DNA of 64,000 nucleotides. Origin: an uncultured archaeon (GTDB taxonomy: Archaea > Asgardarchaeota > Lokiarchaeia > Sigyniarchaeales > SOKP01). A program made the position numbers and the translations under genes. Shown piece after piece: positions 10,003 through 20,975 of the stretch. The stretch spans positions 64,001-128,000 of the forward strand of contig CAZALK010000008.1 in NCBI GenBank assembly GCA_964486045.1, given 5' to 3'. Position 1 is the stretch's first letter. The number at the start of each line of letters is the position of its first letter. Under the pieces are notes generated by a model. That model was not told the DNA's origin. It searched no databases and saw only the letters and a program-made list of their open reading frames with translations.

Positions 10003-10022
10003 TTTCTATATATTCTATATAG
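10003..10022. promoter_or_regulatory. candidate phosphate-regulon operator upstream of phoU
   Basis: TTTCTATATATTCTATATAG; near-identical sites at 13744-13762 and 36749-36767. Confidence 0.45.
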
Positions 10023-10093
10023 ATGAACTTAATAAAATATATTGATAATTTTTTATATATAGAATTTTTATAATCAACAAGTTGAGAATTTAA

Positions 10094-11098
10094 ATGTCAT
10101 TTCATATGGAAACTAGAAAGGTACAGAAAACTGGAGGGTCATCCTATATCATAAGTTTGCCGAAAGCTTGGATAACCAGGCATGGTGTTGAAAAAAACGA
10201 TACACTCGGAATTCTGAATCAACCAGATGGTAGTCTATTAATAACGCCACAATTTGAAAATGAAAAAATACAGAAAACTAAAGAAATAGATGCTGAGGAT
10301 TTTCCTGATGATAACTTTTTATTCCGAGTGCTAATAGGTGCGTACATTATGGGATTTTCTATAATTGTTATTAAATCAAGTAAAAAATTTGAACCACATA
10401 TAAGGGATACTATAAGAAAATTTACCCGAATAGCCATAGGTCCTGAAATTGAAGAAGAATCCAACAATTTCATAAAAATTAAAGATCTAGTAAATCCCAG
10501 GGAGATGTCATTCGAAAAAACGATACGGCGAATGTATATTCTTGCACAAGGTATGTTCGAAGATTCTATTAATGCTCTAAAAACGGGAAACTCGAACCTC
10601 GCAAAAACAGTTATAAAAAGCGATAATGATGTTGATAGATTACACTATTTAATCATGCGGCAAGTAAATATTGCATTATCAGATATAATATTATGCAGAA
10701 AAATGGGTGTGACATTAGAAGGTGCTGTTCAATTTCAGCAAATAAGTCGTTTCCTAGAAAGGATTGCTGACCACGCTGTAAAGATTTCAAAAAATGTTTT
10801 AAACTTTGTTAACAATGAAATCATTACGGAGTTGAAAGAAGAAATTGAAAATGCTAGTAAACTTTCCTTAGAATTGCTTAAAAGAAGCTTAGATGCATGG
10901 CTTCAAAAGGACATCAATCTTGCTAATGAAAATATAGAAAAAATTAAAAATCTAGTTTTAGCCACAGAAAAAATCAGCTTTAACTCCAGCAATAATACTG
11001 AATCTTCTATTGCCATTGGATACGTTATTGAGAGTATAAGAAGAACGGCAGAATATTCTGGGGATATATCCGAGGTAATTATAAACAAATTAATTTAA
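10094..11098 (+). CDS. phoU: archaeal phosphate uptake regulator (AbrB domain plus two PhoU domains)
   Basis: ETRKVQKTGGSSYIISLPKAW; DNDVDRL; LERIADHA; IRRTAEY. Confidence 0.92.
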   Translation: MSFHMETRKVQKTGGSSYIISLPKAWITRHGVEKNDTLGILNQPDGSLLITPQFENEKIQKTKEIDAEDFPDDNFLFRVLIGAYIMGFSIIVIKSSKKFEPHIRDTIRKFTRIAIGPEIEEESNNFIKIKDLVNPREMSFEKTIRRMYILAQGMFEDSINALKTGNSNLAKTVIKSDNDVDRLHYLIMRQVNIALSDIILCRKMGVTLEGAVQFQQISRFLERIADHAVKISKNVLNFVNNEIITELKEEIENASKLSLELLKRSLDAWLQKDINLANENIEKIKNLVLATEKISFNSSNNTESSIAIGYVIESIRRTAEYSGDISEVIINKLI

Positions 11099-11200
11099 AT
11101 TAATGAATTTGAAATCTAGAATTTTAAATAAGTAATTCTGTTAAATTACTTGATTTACCTTAAAATGATTATAATCCGGTGCGGTAATGATTATATATTG

Positions 11201-11854
11201 TTAATAATTTGTTAACAACACTAAGATATAATCAGCTACAGCCTCAATAGCATCTGATATCGCTTCTAAAATATCGAAAACGTTCCCTGCAGTGAAAATT
11301 GTAAAGTAATTTACAGTGTAAGCAGTTTCTTGCAAATATTTTCTTAACTTTATATTAAGTAGATCCACGGTATGTTCAAATTGGTTAACTTTTTGCGAGA
11401 ATTCCTTAATATTTTCTCTTTCTTCAAGTAGATCGAGTACAAGCTTATCGAGAAATTGTCCGCATTCAACAGTAGTTTTCATCATTTCCAGGATAGTTTT
11501 GATTGTTTCATTACTACTTTCTTCCCAAAATTTCATTGGTATTGTGTTGATTCTACGAGCAACGCCTGTACAACAATTTGCAACATCATCCATCCTTTTA
11601 ATTAAATGAGAGAGATTTTGACGTACGCTTGGATTTAATTCACCACTTGAAACATCTTGTTGGATTTCTCTCCTCAATTTATCAGCATCATTTTCTAAAT
11701 TATCGACTTTCTGAAATAAATCATGTGATTTTTCGGTGTCCTTTTCGTTTAATAAAACTTGTAAACCAAGATCTAAATTCTTTATACATTCTTGAACTAT
11801 TTTAGCATGTTTAACTGTTTTTTCTAAGGCATTTACCGCTGTTTCTCTTTTCAA
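11201..11854 (-). CDS. DUF47 / PhoU-like phosphate transport regulator
   Basis: LENDADKLRREI, MDDVAN, FEHTVD, ISDAIEAVAD; adjacent to pit. Confidence 0.85.
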   Translation of the reverse strand: MKRETAVNALEKTVKHAKIVQECIKNLDLGLQVLLNEKDTEKSHDLFQKVDNLENDADKLRREIQQDVSSGELNPSVRQNLSHLIKRMDDVANCCTGVARRINTIPMKFWEESSNETIKTILEMMKTTVECGQFLDKLVLDLLEERENIKEFSQKVNQFEHTVDLLNIKLRKYLQETAYTVNYFTIFTAGNVFDILEAISDAIEAVADYILVLLTNY

Positions 11855-11934
11855 ATATTCAATTAAAGAACCTATTTATACCACCTTTTTGTTTCAGTTA
11901 TTATTATATATTTTTTTAATCTTTTTAATATTTA

Positions 11935-12972
11935 TCATGATAATCCTATAGCACTTAAACTATAATATAAAAATCCAGCTAAAAGAGCTGCTATTGGAAA
12001 TGTAAGGACCCAATAGATTCCCATTTTGCCTAGACCTTTAAAGTCTACTTCTTTCTTTTGGGCAATACTCATACCAATTATACAAAATACGATTACGTGT
12101 GAATGACTGATTGGGAGAGACATGAAAGTTGCTATCATTAAAATAATCGCAGAGCTTATTTGAACAATGAATCCCTCACTAGGACGGGTATCTATCATAT
12201 AAGAGGCGAGATTTCTGATCACATAACGAGCAGCGAAATAAATACCAAGAAAAGCAAAAACTGCACAAAAAATTGCAAAAGTCACGTATTGACTATTATT
12301 AATAGAACCATTCTCTCTGAGACCAAGTAGGATGCCTAAAGCCTCCCCCGAGTTAGCTCCAACCCACATCTCGGCAAAAATAACTGCAACTAACAATAGC
12401 CATTTAAATCTTTTCTCAGATTTTTCAATTTGATTTAACCCTTTGAGACGAGATAAAAAAAATTTCGCACTTACCTTATAGAGGACGTACGTTATTAAGA
12501 AGCCTGATAATGGTGATATAAACCAGCTGAGTACCACGTTTCCTAACTTTGTATAGTTAAATGCGGTATTGAGATCAACCCCACCTTGAAATATTGCGTA
12601 AACAATAACTACACCGACAATACTACCGATTAAAGAATGTGTACTACTTAAGGGTATCCCTGCAAAACTACCCACGACTAACCATATAATACTACTAATT
12701 AAAACCGCTAGAAGCATAATATTAGTGTATCTTGATTCTAAACCTTCACCTAAAAGACTCCTACCTATTGTTTCAGGAACAAAACCTCCACTAAAGATTA
12801 TCATCCCTGCCCCTATTGCGGCACCTCCTATAATTAAAGCAATTTTAAACTTGAGTACACCAGCACCGATAAAAGAAGCAAGTGTCTCGTCATTAGCTCC
12901 GATCGAGAAGGCGAGCGCCACCGCCATAGCTATTAAAACTATAATTAGAATTAAATCAACTTCGGTAGCCAT
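11935..12972 (-). CDS. pit: PiT family inorganic phosphate transporter
   Basis: GAND, PLSSTHSLIGSIVG, SWFISP, GANS, PISHSH. Confidence 0.92.
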   Translation of the reverse strand: MATEVDLILIIVLIAMAVALAFSIGANDETLASFIGAGVLKFKIALIIGGAAIGAGMIIFSGGFVPETIGRSLLGEGLESRYTNIMLLAVLISSIIWLVVGSFAGIPLSSTHSLIGSIVGVVIVYAIFQGGVDLNTAFNYTKLGNVVLSWFISPLSGFLITYVLYKVSAKFFLSRLKGLNQIEKSEKRFKWLLLVAVIFAEMWVGANSGEALGILLGLRENGSINNSQYVTFAIFCAVFAFLGIYFAARYVIRNLASYMIDTRPSEGFIVQISSAIILMIATFMSLPISHSHVIVFCIIGMSIAQKKEVDFKGLGKMGIYWVLTFPIAALLAGFLYYSLSAIGLS

Positions 12973-12994
12973 GACAAATCCTTAATACTTTTTT

Positions 12995-13672
12995 TTAATC
13001 GAAAACTAGATATTTGGTTGCTAAGAACTGGATGGATTCCGCAAAAGTTTTAACATGGTCAGCCAGCATCATTATGTCTTGAATCAATTCTTTTAGATAA
13101 ATGAAAGTTCTTGATAAGTAATCCATATCGTAATTGTAGAGACGGTTTAAAATTTGCCATTCTTCTTTCCTCATTCTACGCCTTTCTTCCTTAATACTTT
13201 CACAGACGTCATGAGCCTTACTTAAATTGGAACCGATTAACTTAACAGCCTCAGAGAGCTCATTTGAAATTACTTTTAAAGATTTTAGAACGCTTCGAAT
13301 TTGCAATTTAAATTTTTCATCAGGAAAAACTGCTCGATATAGGAGTAATTTGTTGGCTATAAATTCCCCGATGTTTTTAATTTCATTGATTTTAGCAAAG
13401 AGTTTTAATCTATCTGTTTTGGAAAACATTAATTTTGATTTAAAAATCTTCGATTCGAACCGTTTCTTAATTTTGACTTCAGAAAATGTGTCTATTACAG
13501 ATTGCAGGTTTTCTTCAAAACTTTCGAAATTCTCCTCCACAAGAAACTCAATACCTTCAATTAATTTCAAGTTCTGTTCATTAATTACATCCATAAATAG
13601 ATGAGTCAATTTGTCAATGCTTAGTTTGTTTAATTCTTTATCATCTATAGACTTCTCTTCTATCTCTTTCAT
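12995..13672 (-). CDS. DUF47-like protein (intact copy), first gene of the pit operon
   Basis: Helical PhoU-like pattern; sits directly upstream of pit; truncated paralog at 36097-36681. Confidence 0.75.
   Translation of the reverse strand: MKEIEEKSIDDKELNKLSIDKLTHLFMDVINEQNLKLIEGIEFLVEENFESFEENLQSVIDTFSEVKIKKRFESKIFKSKLMFSKTDRLKLFAKINEIKNIGEFIANKLLLYRAVFPDEKFKLQIRSVLKSLKVISNELSEAVKLIGSNLSKAHDVCESIKEERRRMRKEEWQILNRLYNYDMDYLSRTFIYLKELIQDIMMLADHVKTFAESIQFLATKYLVFD
13341..13407. repeat. 67-bp perfectly identical tract shared with 36365-36431
   Basis: aggagtaatttgttggctataaattccccgatgtttttaatttcattgattttagcaaagagtttta in both copies, whose flanks carry many synonymous differences. Confidence 0.92.
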
Positions 13673-13736
13673 TTAAACCAATTAAATCAAAAATTATTGT
13701 TATTTAAATAAGTATTTCATAGCTTTTAAGCAGATA

Positions 13737-13762
13737 CTATATATTTCTATAGATCTATATGG
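13737..13762. promoter_or_regulatory. candidate phosphate-regulon operator upstream of the DUF47-pit operon
   Basis: CTATATA-TTTCTATAGATCTATATGG. Confidence 0.45.
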
Positions 13763-14048
13763 AATTTCGTGTAACCACGCTTATTAATTATTAGTGCATT
13801 AAGTAGTGAACAAAAAGAAAAATTAAAATGCAATTAAGTTAGAAAATAAGCATGTAAAACTTTCAAAGTCCATGCTCTCCTCTTCCTCTCCTAAGAATTA
13901 AAAATTAGAATTAAAAATTTGCTTTAGCTGACTTTTCCAGCGTTTGAATAAGAGAAAAAGAGAATTATATAATATTCTTAATAAACAAAAATTACACCGA
14001 AAACAGACCAAAAACTGTATAAAAAGATATTCTTTATATACTCAAAGA

Positions 14049-15035
14049 TCAAGAAACTTTGAAATAACCGTAATCGTCAAGGTTTCTCTTTAGTTTTCCA
14101 ATAGCTTCCGGAAATATAGGAATGAGATTTTCATCTAAATATAACTCTTCTAATGAACTTAGCTCACTTAAGAAAGGCGGGATTTGACTCAATTGGTTAC
14201 TTGCTAAATCTAATAACTTTAGACGTGTGAGGTTCTTAAGTGACTCGGGTATTGTCTTAAAATAATTACGTCGCAAATCTAAATGCTTTAAATACTGAAG
14301 ACCGCTAAGAGATGGGGGAAATAATTCGAAAGAATTGTAAGACAAGACTAGATACTTAAGACTTTTTAGTCTCACGATATCCTCCGGGATTATTTTGCCA
14401 TTGTTAAAGATTCTCAATCCCGTAATTCTGAGATCTTTACCAATGTAATAAACGTTACTTGGGTCGCCAATACCGGTTATATCCTCCAAATATCTAGCAA
14501 ACGTAAAATGTTTCCCTATCTTTCTCTCTATGGTTTCAAGAACTAAAACATCGTCGATAAAGATCATACTTCGAAGCTCGTCTTCGGTCAAGTAATCGAT
14601 GTACCTATTAAAAACTAAATATTCCCTTGTCTTCTGACCCCCCTCAAATAGACGTTTTAAAATCTCAAGTTTAAATATTATACTAGCCTTAGCCTCACCG
14701 ACGTCGGTTAGTTTTTTTAATAGGGGGAATGCTAAGCTTCTATGAATCAAACGCGTATCATAATCATGTTCTACCCATGCCTGCAGGTTGGAACAATGCC
14801 CCCAAAACTCTTCCTTTGGAGTTATGCTATTCTTGGTGGTATCTGAACTTCTATCTAATCGCTTAAGTGACTCTGACGCTTCATCTATAGAATGAATATC
14901 GTCAAAATCCCTAACATTTTCTTGGGAAATATCTAACAAAATAGACTTGCATTGTCTAAACTTTTTACCCTTTATATATATGATAGTTTTATCTCCCCTA
15001 AGAGAGAGAGATATATATTCATTGACTTTAAACAT
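14049..15035 (-). CDS. 'FWGHCSNLQAW' domain plus C-terminal leucine-rich repeats
   Basis: FRQCK..SIDEA..FWGHCSNLQAW..YDTRLIH..FPLLKKL; LRRs LKYLVLSYN, LKHLDLRRN, LKLLDLASN, LEELYLDEN. Confidence 0.88.
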   Translation of the reverse strand: MFKVNEYISLSLRGDKTIIYIKGKKFRQCKSILLDISQENVRDFDDIHSIDEASESLKRLDRSSDTTKNSITPKEEFWGHCSNLQAWVEHDYDTRLIHRSLAFPLLKKLTDVGEAKASIIFKLEILKRLFEGGQKTREYLVFNRYIDYLTEDELRSMIFIDDVLVLETIERKIGKHFTFARYLEDITGIGDPSNVYYIGKDLRITGLRIFNNGKIIPEDIVRLKSLKYLVLSYNSFELFPPSLSGLQYLKHLDLRRNYFKTIPESLKNLTRLKLLDLASNQLSQIPPFLSELSSLEELYLDENLIPIFPEAIGKLKRNLDDYGYFKVS

Positions 15036-15138
15036 GTTTATATAAAACCCTTACTATATGGAGAAATAAAGTTATACTTTATTAAATTTTAACCTTATAA
15101 TTTGAGCAGACCTAATATTTTATAAAAAAAATAAAAAA

Positions 15139-18100
15139 TTATTGATTAAGCCTCAAAAAATCTTGAAAATATGAAAATGAGGCGATCTCAGTAGTTCGAA
15201 TAGGTAGAAAGTTAGAAATGTCTACCCACCTAGAAGGTAATCTTCCTAGGTTTGTATATGGTCCAGTTAAAACCACTTGAGTGAACTCTCGTCCTCTGTA
15301 GGTACTTAAAAATGCATTGGAGTTAGGGAGTATCGTACTTGAACTTCGTATGTATTTATGGTTGAAGTATGCTATATAATTCGAGTCGATGATAGTGGCC
15401 CCTGCCTTCTTTATAATAAACATAAAGTCTTGATAACTAAATGAGACTGGTCGAGTGTTATCCGCGCGCAATTCTCGTTCAAAAGAAAGCGATAGTAGCA
15501 CGAGGTATCGTAACTTTGTGATCTCGGAGATTTTTCCATAGGGATTACTAGAGTCTTCTAAGTTGATATCTACAAATGCTTCACCGGATCGTGGCAACCA
15601 TGTTTGGTCTGAAGTTGTTGTGGTTATGTATTGATATCCATAATCTATGCTTAAATCTTGAGATTGACCAAGATTCTGAGTAATGAAAATTCTAACTTTC
15701 CGAGAGCCGGCGGGTTGAGATTCAATTAAGTCTTTTAAGATATCCACTCTTTCATCGATTATCCTTTTATTATACTGTTCTCTAAATGCGGTGTCATAAT
15801 ATGACCAATCCAAATGACTTCTGCTTATTCGAGTAAATTTATCGGAGAACTTCTCCTTATCAATAGTTAACTTAAATATCTCTCCATCGACAATGCATCC
15901 ATAAAAATAGAGCTCGATCGTGGATGAAGTAAGGTCTTGAAAACCTCTATTTAACTGTAACCTCAAATTATCTTTAATCTTCCCTCCAAGGGAATCTACC
16001 GATGTATCAGTTGTAAAAGATCTTGTTAAATCTCTTCTAGCAAACATAAGGGTGTTATATGCATCTTCAAGATTTTTAGCTACTAATTTCCTATAATGTG
16101 ATTCAGATTCAACTTCGGAATAATATTTTGAAGTAAAGTGACTCATAACTTCTTGCTCTATGACGCTCATAATATCTTCATAAGCCATCATCTCTAGTGT
16201 CACTCGATTTATTTTAGGATCAGTCAAAGCATTGTCAATCTTATATTGGTTGAAAGATGTAAGAAAACTAGTCCCTATTGCACGCCCAATATATTGGTTG
16301 ATATGATTTATCCCAAAATCTCTCTTTAAATAAGCAGGTACAGAAATCCCTCCAGATAAAAAGGGTGAGGGGGCATAGCCGAAATAAAACGCGTTGTCAG
16401 CACCATTATCTCCCAAGATGGGCAAATACAAAAATGAATTCCCATATAAATATGATGGTAGGTGATTCTGAATAGCCCCCACAGTAGTAAGAGGTAAATA
16501 TCGTTTATTCTGACGATATCCATCCTGACTATCTTGAGAACTTGAAATGATATTCGCATCAATTATATAATCAACAACTGATTGGAAATGAATCCCTAAA
16601 GGCATTGCATGATAAAGCCCACCGCTAGTGAAATACCACATGGATCTTAATAATATTAAAGTCATAGTGAAGGGACCAACAAGATACTGGAACGCTTCTA
16701 GAAGAATAAGTCCGCGATCCAATTCAGAAAGACTGGAACCTGCATGGGATGTAGAGAACTCTTCATTAGCAGTGTTTAGTGAACCTAAGTTCATGATTAG
16801 GTCTTGAGTGTCGAGAATTATCTCATCAATTTCGTCTCTATTTTCAACACCAGGGTCTTCCCAGCTCATTACGATATCTTTGAAATTTTGGAGAAATTCT
16901 TTCATGGAAAGTTGACCTTTACCGTAAGGATTACCATCTTGATCACGATAAAATAATTTGTTAAATTGACTGAATCCAACTTTTTTCTTTAATCGAGTAA
17001 ATATCGCTTCTAAATCCTTGTCACTCCTTGCAGCGTTGTCGTCATATATAAATTCATCTCCTATGATAACTAGCCTTTGATTGAGCTTCTGAAGGTCTTT
17101 TAGGATGGAGAATACAGGCATAACTTTCGTATTCGCTCCTGCTGTGAGCTTAGCTATTTGGGAAAGTTCTATATAGCCTTTAAATAGATCATCAGTAGAT
17201 ATAGGGTTAGAATCGGGAAGTTTAAGTAAAGAATCTTGCATGACTTTTCGTCTTTGAAGAACTGTGGAACTAGAAACAACTTTCTTATGAGCATCAGTTG
17301 GAATGATTGTAGAATGAACTGGTTGTATAAGATATGTTAGCTTCGTACCTGCCTCATGTTTAGCTGAACGAAGATAGTCAAGGGTGTAGTATTTTTGAAT
17401 TCCGGGGAGTAAGGGTAGTCCTAAAACAATTTCCTGGGTTACTGGGTCTGTATAAGAAATGGATATAGGATCTGAAAGTGCTTGATTTAAAATTTGTGCC
17501 AGAGTCTCAAGGGGCATCACAGCAATTTCAATGAATTGGCCATTTGAATGGCGTATAAATACTTCTCCTATATTCAGAAATCCGTTCTTACTTAAGAAGA
17601 CCCCTTCAAAAACCTTTATAAGTCTACCACCAACAGAATAACTATATCCGTCGGCTGTACCCGAAGGTAATTCTAACTGAGGTGTCTCTGCTAGTAGTAT
17701 ACCATTCTCATTCCTATCATTATGCACAGCTAATAAATTACCAGATAAAATCCTATTAATTTCTTGTTGGCTTAATCTGGAAGGTTCCTTTACAACATAC
17801 TTATCGTTTTCTAAAAGAACAAAATAGGGGACGTTTTGAATTAAGTCTAATGGAATTGGAGTCGTTGTTGGTACATAGACCTTGAAACTGTTATCATAAG
17901 ATATTTGATAAAAGCCATTTAAGTCCTGAGTTATAAGCTGTTCAAGATTTAAATTCTCCTGTTGCCACCTAGGTATTTTAGTAACTTCGAATTTATCCAT
18001 TACAAGCTGTAGCATAGAATCAGCCTGTGAAGCTGAGAATATTTGAGAAGCGTAAACCTTTATTTGGTCATTGAAACTTTTATCTTTAAATAAATTATAT

Positions 18101-20958
18101 AATTCATTCATAAAAGTCACCTTGTTGTTTGAACTTATCTTTTCGTTAATAAGTTTAGAGACTTTTGAATATAGTTCTATGAATTTGGCGTACTTCCTAG
18201 TTTCTTCTCTTGACCTAGATCCTCGGTAAGTAGAGACTATATCACTTGGTTCTTGTATGAATGTAAGTTCTTTAATAACTCTGAATATCGACGAAGGATC
18301 ATCTGGATCCAAAGCTACAACCCAATGTTCATTTTGAGTTTCGATATTAATGTCGTTCAGAGCGACGCTCCTTGATGTAGCACCAAAAATTGTACTAAAC
18401 AAGTCATAAATGATATTCAAAAGATAATCACTTTTGACGTTGTTAGCATTCTTAACTTCCCAATTATAAAATCCTATGCCTTCAACTAAGAGAGAAATGA
18501 GGTCTCCTTCTCTCCAATTATCATTCGACCCGAACAAATCTGCATCGTTATTTATCTTATCGACGATACTTTGTAAAGTATTTCCATCAAGGATTTGTTC
18601 CATGTCTGTTACCATGTCTTGGTTTTTCGTGGAATAAGGATTAAAGACAAGATATGTATAAAGCGTTAATTTATCAAAATCTATCGAGTAACTTTTCGCG
18701 ATTAATTCCATAAATAAGAAATAAGGCAGTATTCCCAAAAATGAAAGTGCTTGAAGTTCCCACCCTATCTGGACGCTTCTTGACTCAAACCTCATATGTC
18801 TTGTATTTGGGGCAGTCTCGAAACTCTCTGCAAATTTAAGCATGGCACGTGGAAGGCCATCTGAAACAAACTCCCTCTGTAAGCTCTCTATATCCGCGGT
18901 TGATAAGAATGAATCGATATCTGAAGCTAAATCTGTCTCCCCGATGGTTTGTACATTGAAATGGGCACGTACTTCTTCCAAGAAAAATACTAATGCTGAA
19001 TACTTAAGCGCTTGATTGAACAAGTCGTCGACATAAGTATAACCCTTAGTTCTTGTTGTATAATCAAACTTCTTTTTATATTTTTCCTCAAAAATTTTGC
19101 TTGCAAGCTTTGTAGCAACATCTTTTTGCGCTATGGTTGCGCTAGGATTTAATATATTATGTGCACCCATATAAGTATTTTCAATAAAAGACTCCAAAGC
19201 GGTTAGAATACCACCCATACTCGCAACAACTTCCGACTTTTCGAGATTAAAAGAAATGACTGAAGGATTAACAAATTGATTAATAACTTCTTCTATTTGT
19301 GCCACAACAGCAGGATTTAAGTTGAAGAGGTCGGTTGGATTTTTAAAGATCGGAGCGATGAGATCCTTAATTTCCACAAAACCTGGATATTCATTAAAGA
19401 ACCAATCAGGGATTGGAACCATGTCTTCAACGCCTGTTTGGGAGGTAAAGTCAGGATCTGTGACGATTTTTATACTTTCCGATAATCCTAGATATTGTTG
19501 CTGTAATGCGACTTTACTTCTAAAATTATATCCGATTAAATCGAAGACTTGTTCAATTGGCATACTCCCTCTTAAAGGAGTATTTACGATAGTTCCATCT
19601 TCTCTTATTTCTTCAACTTCGTAGCCAGGTAAAAGGACATTAGGAAATTCTCCATCACCTTTAAACATAGGTATTTGCCCTTCTTTTAAGCCAAGCATTG
19701 CTATAAAGCCATCCAAGTCAAGACCACCCCTTATGATCTTCTTAGGGTTTCCAACCTGATCAGTCCACCTCACGTATGGTGCGCCAGTTAAGGGGTTATA
19801 TCTTAAGAAGGGAAGAACCCAATGCCTAACTCCATTCTCGTCAGTATAGACGGGATCTCCTGATGTTTCAGCAAATAATTGTTCGGAGATAGCAACGATC
19901 TCTACATCAGATATGCCCTTATCAAGAGTGAGAGACTGGATGGTTGAAAGTCTTTTTTGTTCATTTCTTTTAGATTCGTATCTAATTTTCATTTGCTCAT
20001 TATACGTGAACTCCTCTTGTAATTGGGGTTGAATGACCTGCAATTGAGATTTAGCTGCTGAGGGTGAAGCAACCGTTTGAACCGAAACTAAGTTTTTGGT
20101 CACAAATGGAGCGATTTCATTAGCTTTAAGAGCTGGTTTAGGCTTTAAGAATTCTGAAAGCTGTAGTCTGCCTTCAGAGAACTTTCGATTGTAACGATTC
20201 TTTAGGGCATTAAATATAGCATCCGAACCTAAATCTAAACCATAAAGCATAATGCCGACTCCAGCTCCTCCAAAGAAGAAGCTAGGAATAGTGGCTAGGA
20301 TGCCTGAGACTGTATCGAAGTCTATATATTTCTTAAGAGATGCCCGAATACTTGTTTTATCTAACTTAACCTCTTGCTGCGTTGCAATCTGGGTATCTGT
20401 ATCTGTACCCCCTTTACTAATCCTACTTTTAATAGCACTTGAGACACCTCCAATAAAAGCTTCACGGAAAGAGGTCACAAGTAATGAAAAGAAGTCTGCT
20501 GCTTCTTGATCTCCACCTAAGTTAAGAACCATTCGTTGAGTCCATTTTTCAAGATAGGGGTCTAAATACAATTCTTCTATGATCTCCGAGGCGACACCAA
20601 AAGGTATCGTTACGAGACCTAACGCAACAGCTTGCTTAAAGGAGTATGCGGGCATTGAGGCGATCTTAGCCACAGTCAAGGGTAATAGGACAAGCGTAGA
20701 GATCAACGTTGACCAAAATGTGACTAAAACAGTATAATCGCGTTCAGCTAAGTTAGTACTATCTGTAAACGCCATCTGAGCTTGGTTCACATAATCGGAA
20801 ATGGTATAGGAGACAGTCTGTGCTAAAATAGTTCGTGCATGGTTATCAGAAGAATCAGTGGTATCAATATAACGTTGTGTATAAGATATTGTAGGATAGT
20901 GAAAACCAATAGTTACTGAGTTGTCTGGACGATCATTTGGATCTTGATAGCCGACCAC
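15139..20958 (-). CDS. 1939-aa hypothetical protein, probably the 5'-truncated C-terminal part of a giant protein
   Basis: Long ORF with no convincing start or RBS; frame stays open about 15 codons further upstream to a junction near 21000; three hydrophobic helices near the start. Confidence 0.75.
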   Translation of the reverse strand: MVGYQDPNDRPDNSVTIGFHYPTISYTQRYIDTTDSSDNHARTILAQTVSYTISDYVNQAQMAFTDSTNLAERDYTVLVTFWSTLISTLVLLPLTVAKIASMPAYSFKQAVALGLVTIPFGVASEIIEELYLDPYLEKWTQRMVLNLGGDQEAADFFSLLVTSFREAFIGGVSSAIKSRISKGGTDTDTQIATQQEVKLDKTSIRASLKKYIDFDTVSGILATIPSFFFGGAGVGIMLYGLDLGSDAIFNALKNRYNRKFSEGRLQLSEFLKPKPALKANEIAPFVTKNLVSVQTVASPSAAKSQLQVIQPQLQEEFTYNEQMKIRYESKRNEQKRLSTIQSLTLDKGISDVEIVAISEQLFAETSGDPVYTDENGVRHWVLPFLRYNPLTGAPYVRWTDQVGNPKKIIRGGLDLDGFIAMLGLKEGQIPMFKGDGEFPNVLLPGYEVEEIREDGTIVNTPLRGSMPIEQVFDLIGYNFRSKVALQQQYLGLSESIKIVTDPDFTSQTGVEDMVPIPDWFFNEYPGFVEIKDLIAPIFKNPTDLFNLNPAVVAQIEEVINQFVNPSVISFNLEKSEVVASMGGILTALESFIENTYMGAHNILNPSATIAQKDVATKLASKIFEEKYKKKFDYTTRTKGYTYVDDLFNQALKYSALVFFLEEVRAHFNVQTIGETDLASDIDSFLSTADIESLQREFVSDGLPRAMLKFAESFETAPNTRHMRFESRSVQIGWELQALSFLGILPYFLFMELIAKSYSIDFDKLTLYTYLVFNPYSTKNQDMVTDMEQILDGNTLQSIVDKINNDADLFGSNDNWREGDLISLLVEGIGFYNWEVKNANNVKSDYLLNIIYDLFSTIFGATSRSVALNDINIETQNEHWVVALDPDDPSSIFRVIKELTFIQEPSDIVSTYRGSRSREETRKYAKFIELYSKVSKLINEKISSNNKVTFMNELYNLFKDKSFNDQIKVYASQIFSASQADSMLQLVMDKFEVTKIPRWQQENLNLEQLITQDLNGFYQISYDNSFKVYVPTTTPIPLDLIQNVPYFVLLENDKYVVKEPSRLSQQEINRILSGNLLAVHNDRNENGILLAETPQLELPSGTADGYSYSVGGRLIKVFEGVFLSKNGFLNIGEVFIRHSNGQFIEIAVMPLETLAQILNQALSDPISISYTDPVTQEIVLGLPLLPGIQKYYTLDYLRSAKHEAGTKLTYLIQPVHSTIIPTDAHKKVVSSSTVLQRRKVMQDSLLKLPDSNPISTDDLFKGYIELSQIAKLTAGANTKVMPVFSILKDLQKLNQRLVIIGDEFIYDDNAARSDKDLEAIFTRLKKKVGFSQFNKLFYRDQDGNPYGKGQLSMKEFLQNFKDIVMSWEDPGVENRDEIDEIILDTQDLIMNLGSLNTANEEFSTSHAGSSLSELDRGLILLEAFQYLVGPFTMTLILLRSMWYFTSGGLYHAMPLGIHFQSVVDYIIDANIISSSQDSQDGYRQNKRYLPLTTVGAIQNHLPSYLYGNSFLYLPILGDNGADNAFYFGYAPSPFLSGGISVPAYLKRDFGINHINQYIGRAIGTSFLTSFNQYKIDNALTDPKINRVTLEMMAYEDIMSVIEQEVMSHFTSKYYSEVESESHYRKLVAKNLEDAYNTLMFARRDLTRSFTTDTSVDSLGGKIKDNLRLQLNRGFQDLTSSTIELYFYGCIVDGEIFKLTIDKEKFSDKFTRISRSHLDWSYYDTAFREQYNKRIIDERVDILKDLIESQPAGSRKVRIFITQNLGQSQDLSIDYGYQYITTTTSDQTWLPRSGEAFVDINLEDSSNPYGKISEITKLRYLVLLSLSFERELRADNTRPVSFSYQDFMFIIKKAGATIIDSNYIAYFNHKYIRSSSTILPNSNAFLSTYRGREFTQVVLTGPYTNLGRLPSRWVDISNFLPIRTTEIASFSYFQDFLRLNQ

Positions 20959-20975
20959 ACCGGGACCTACTACAC

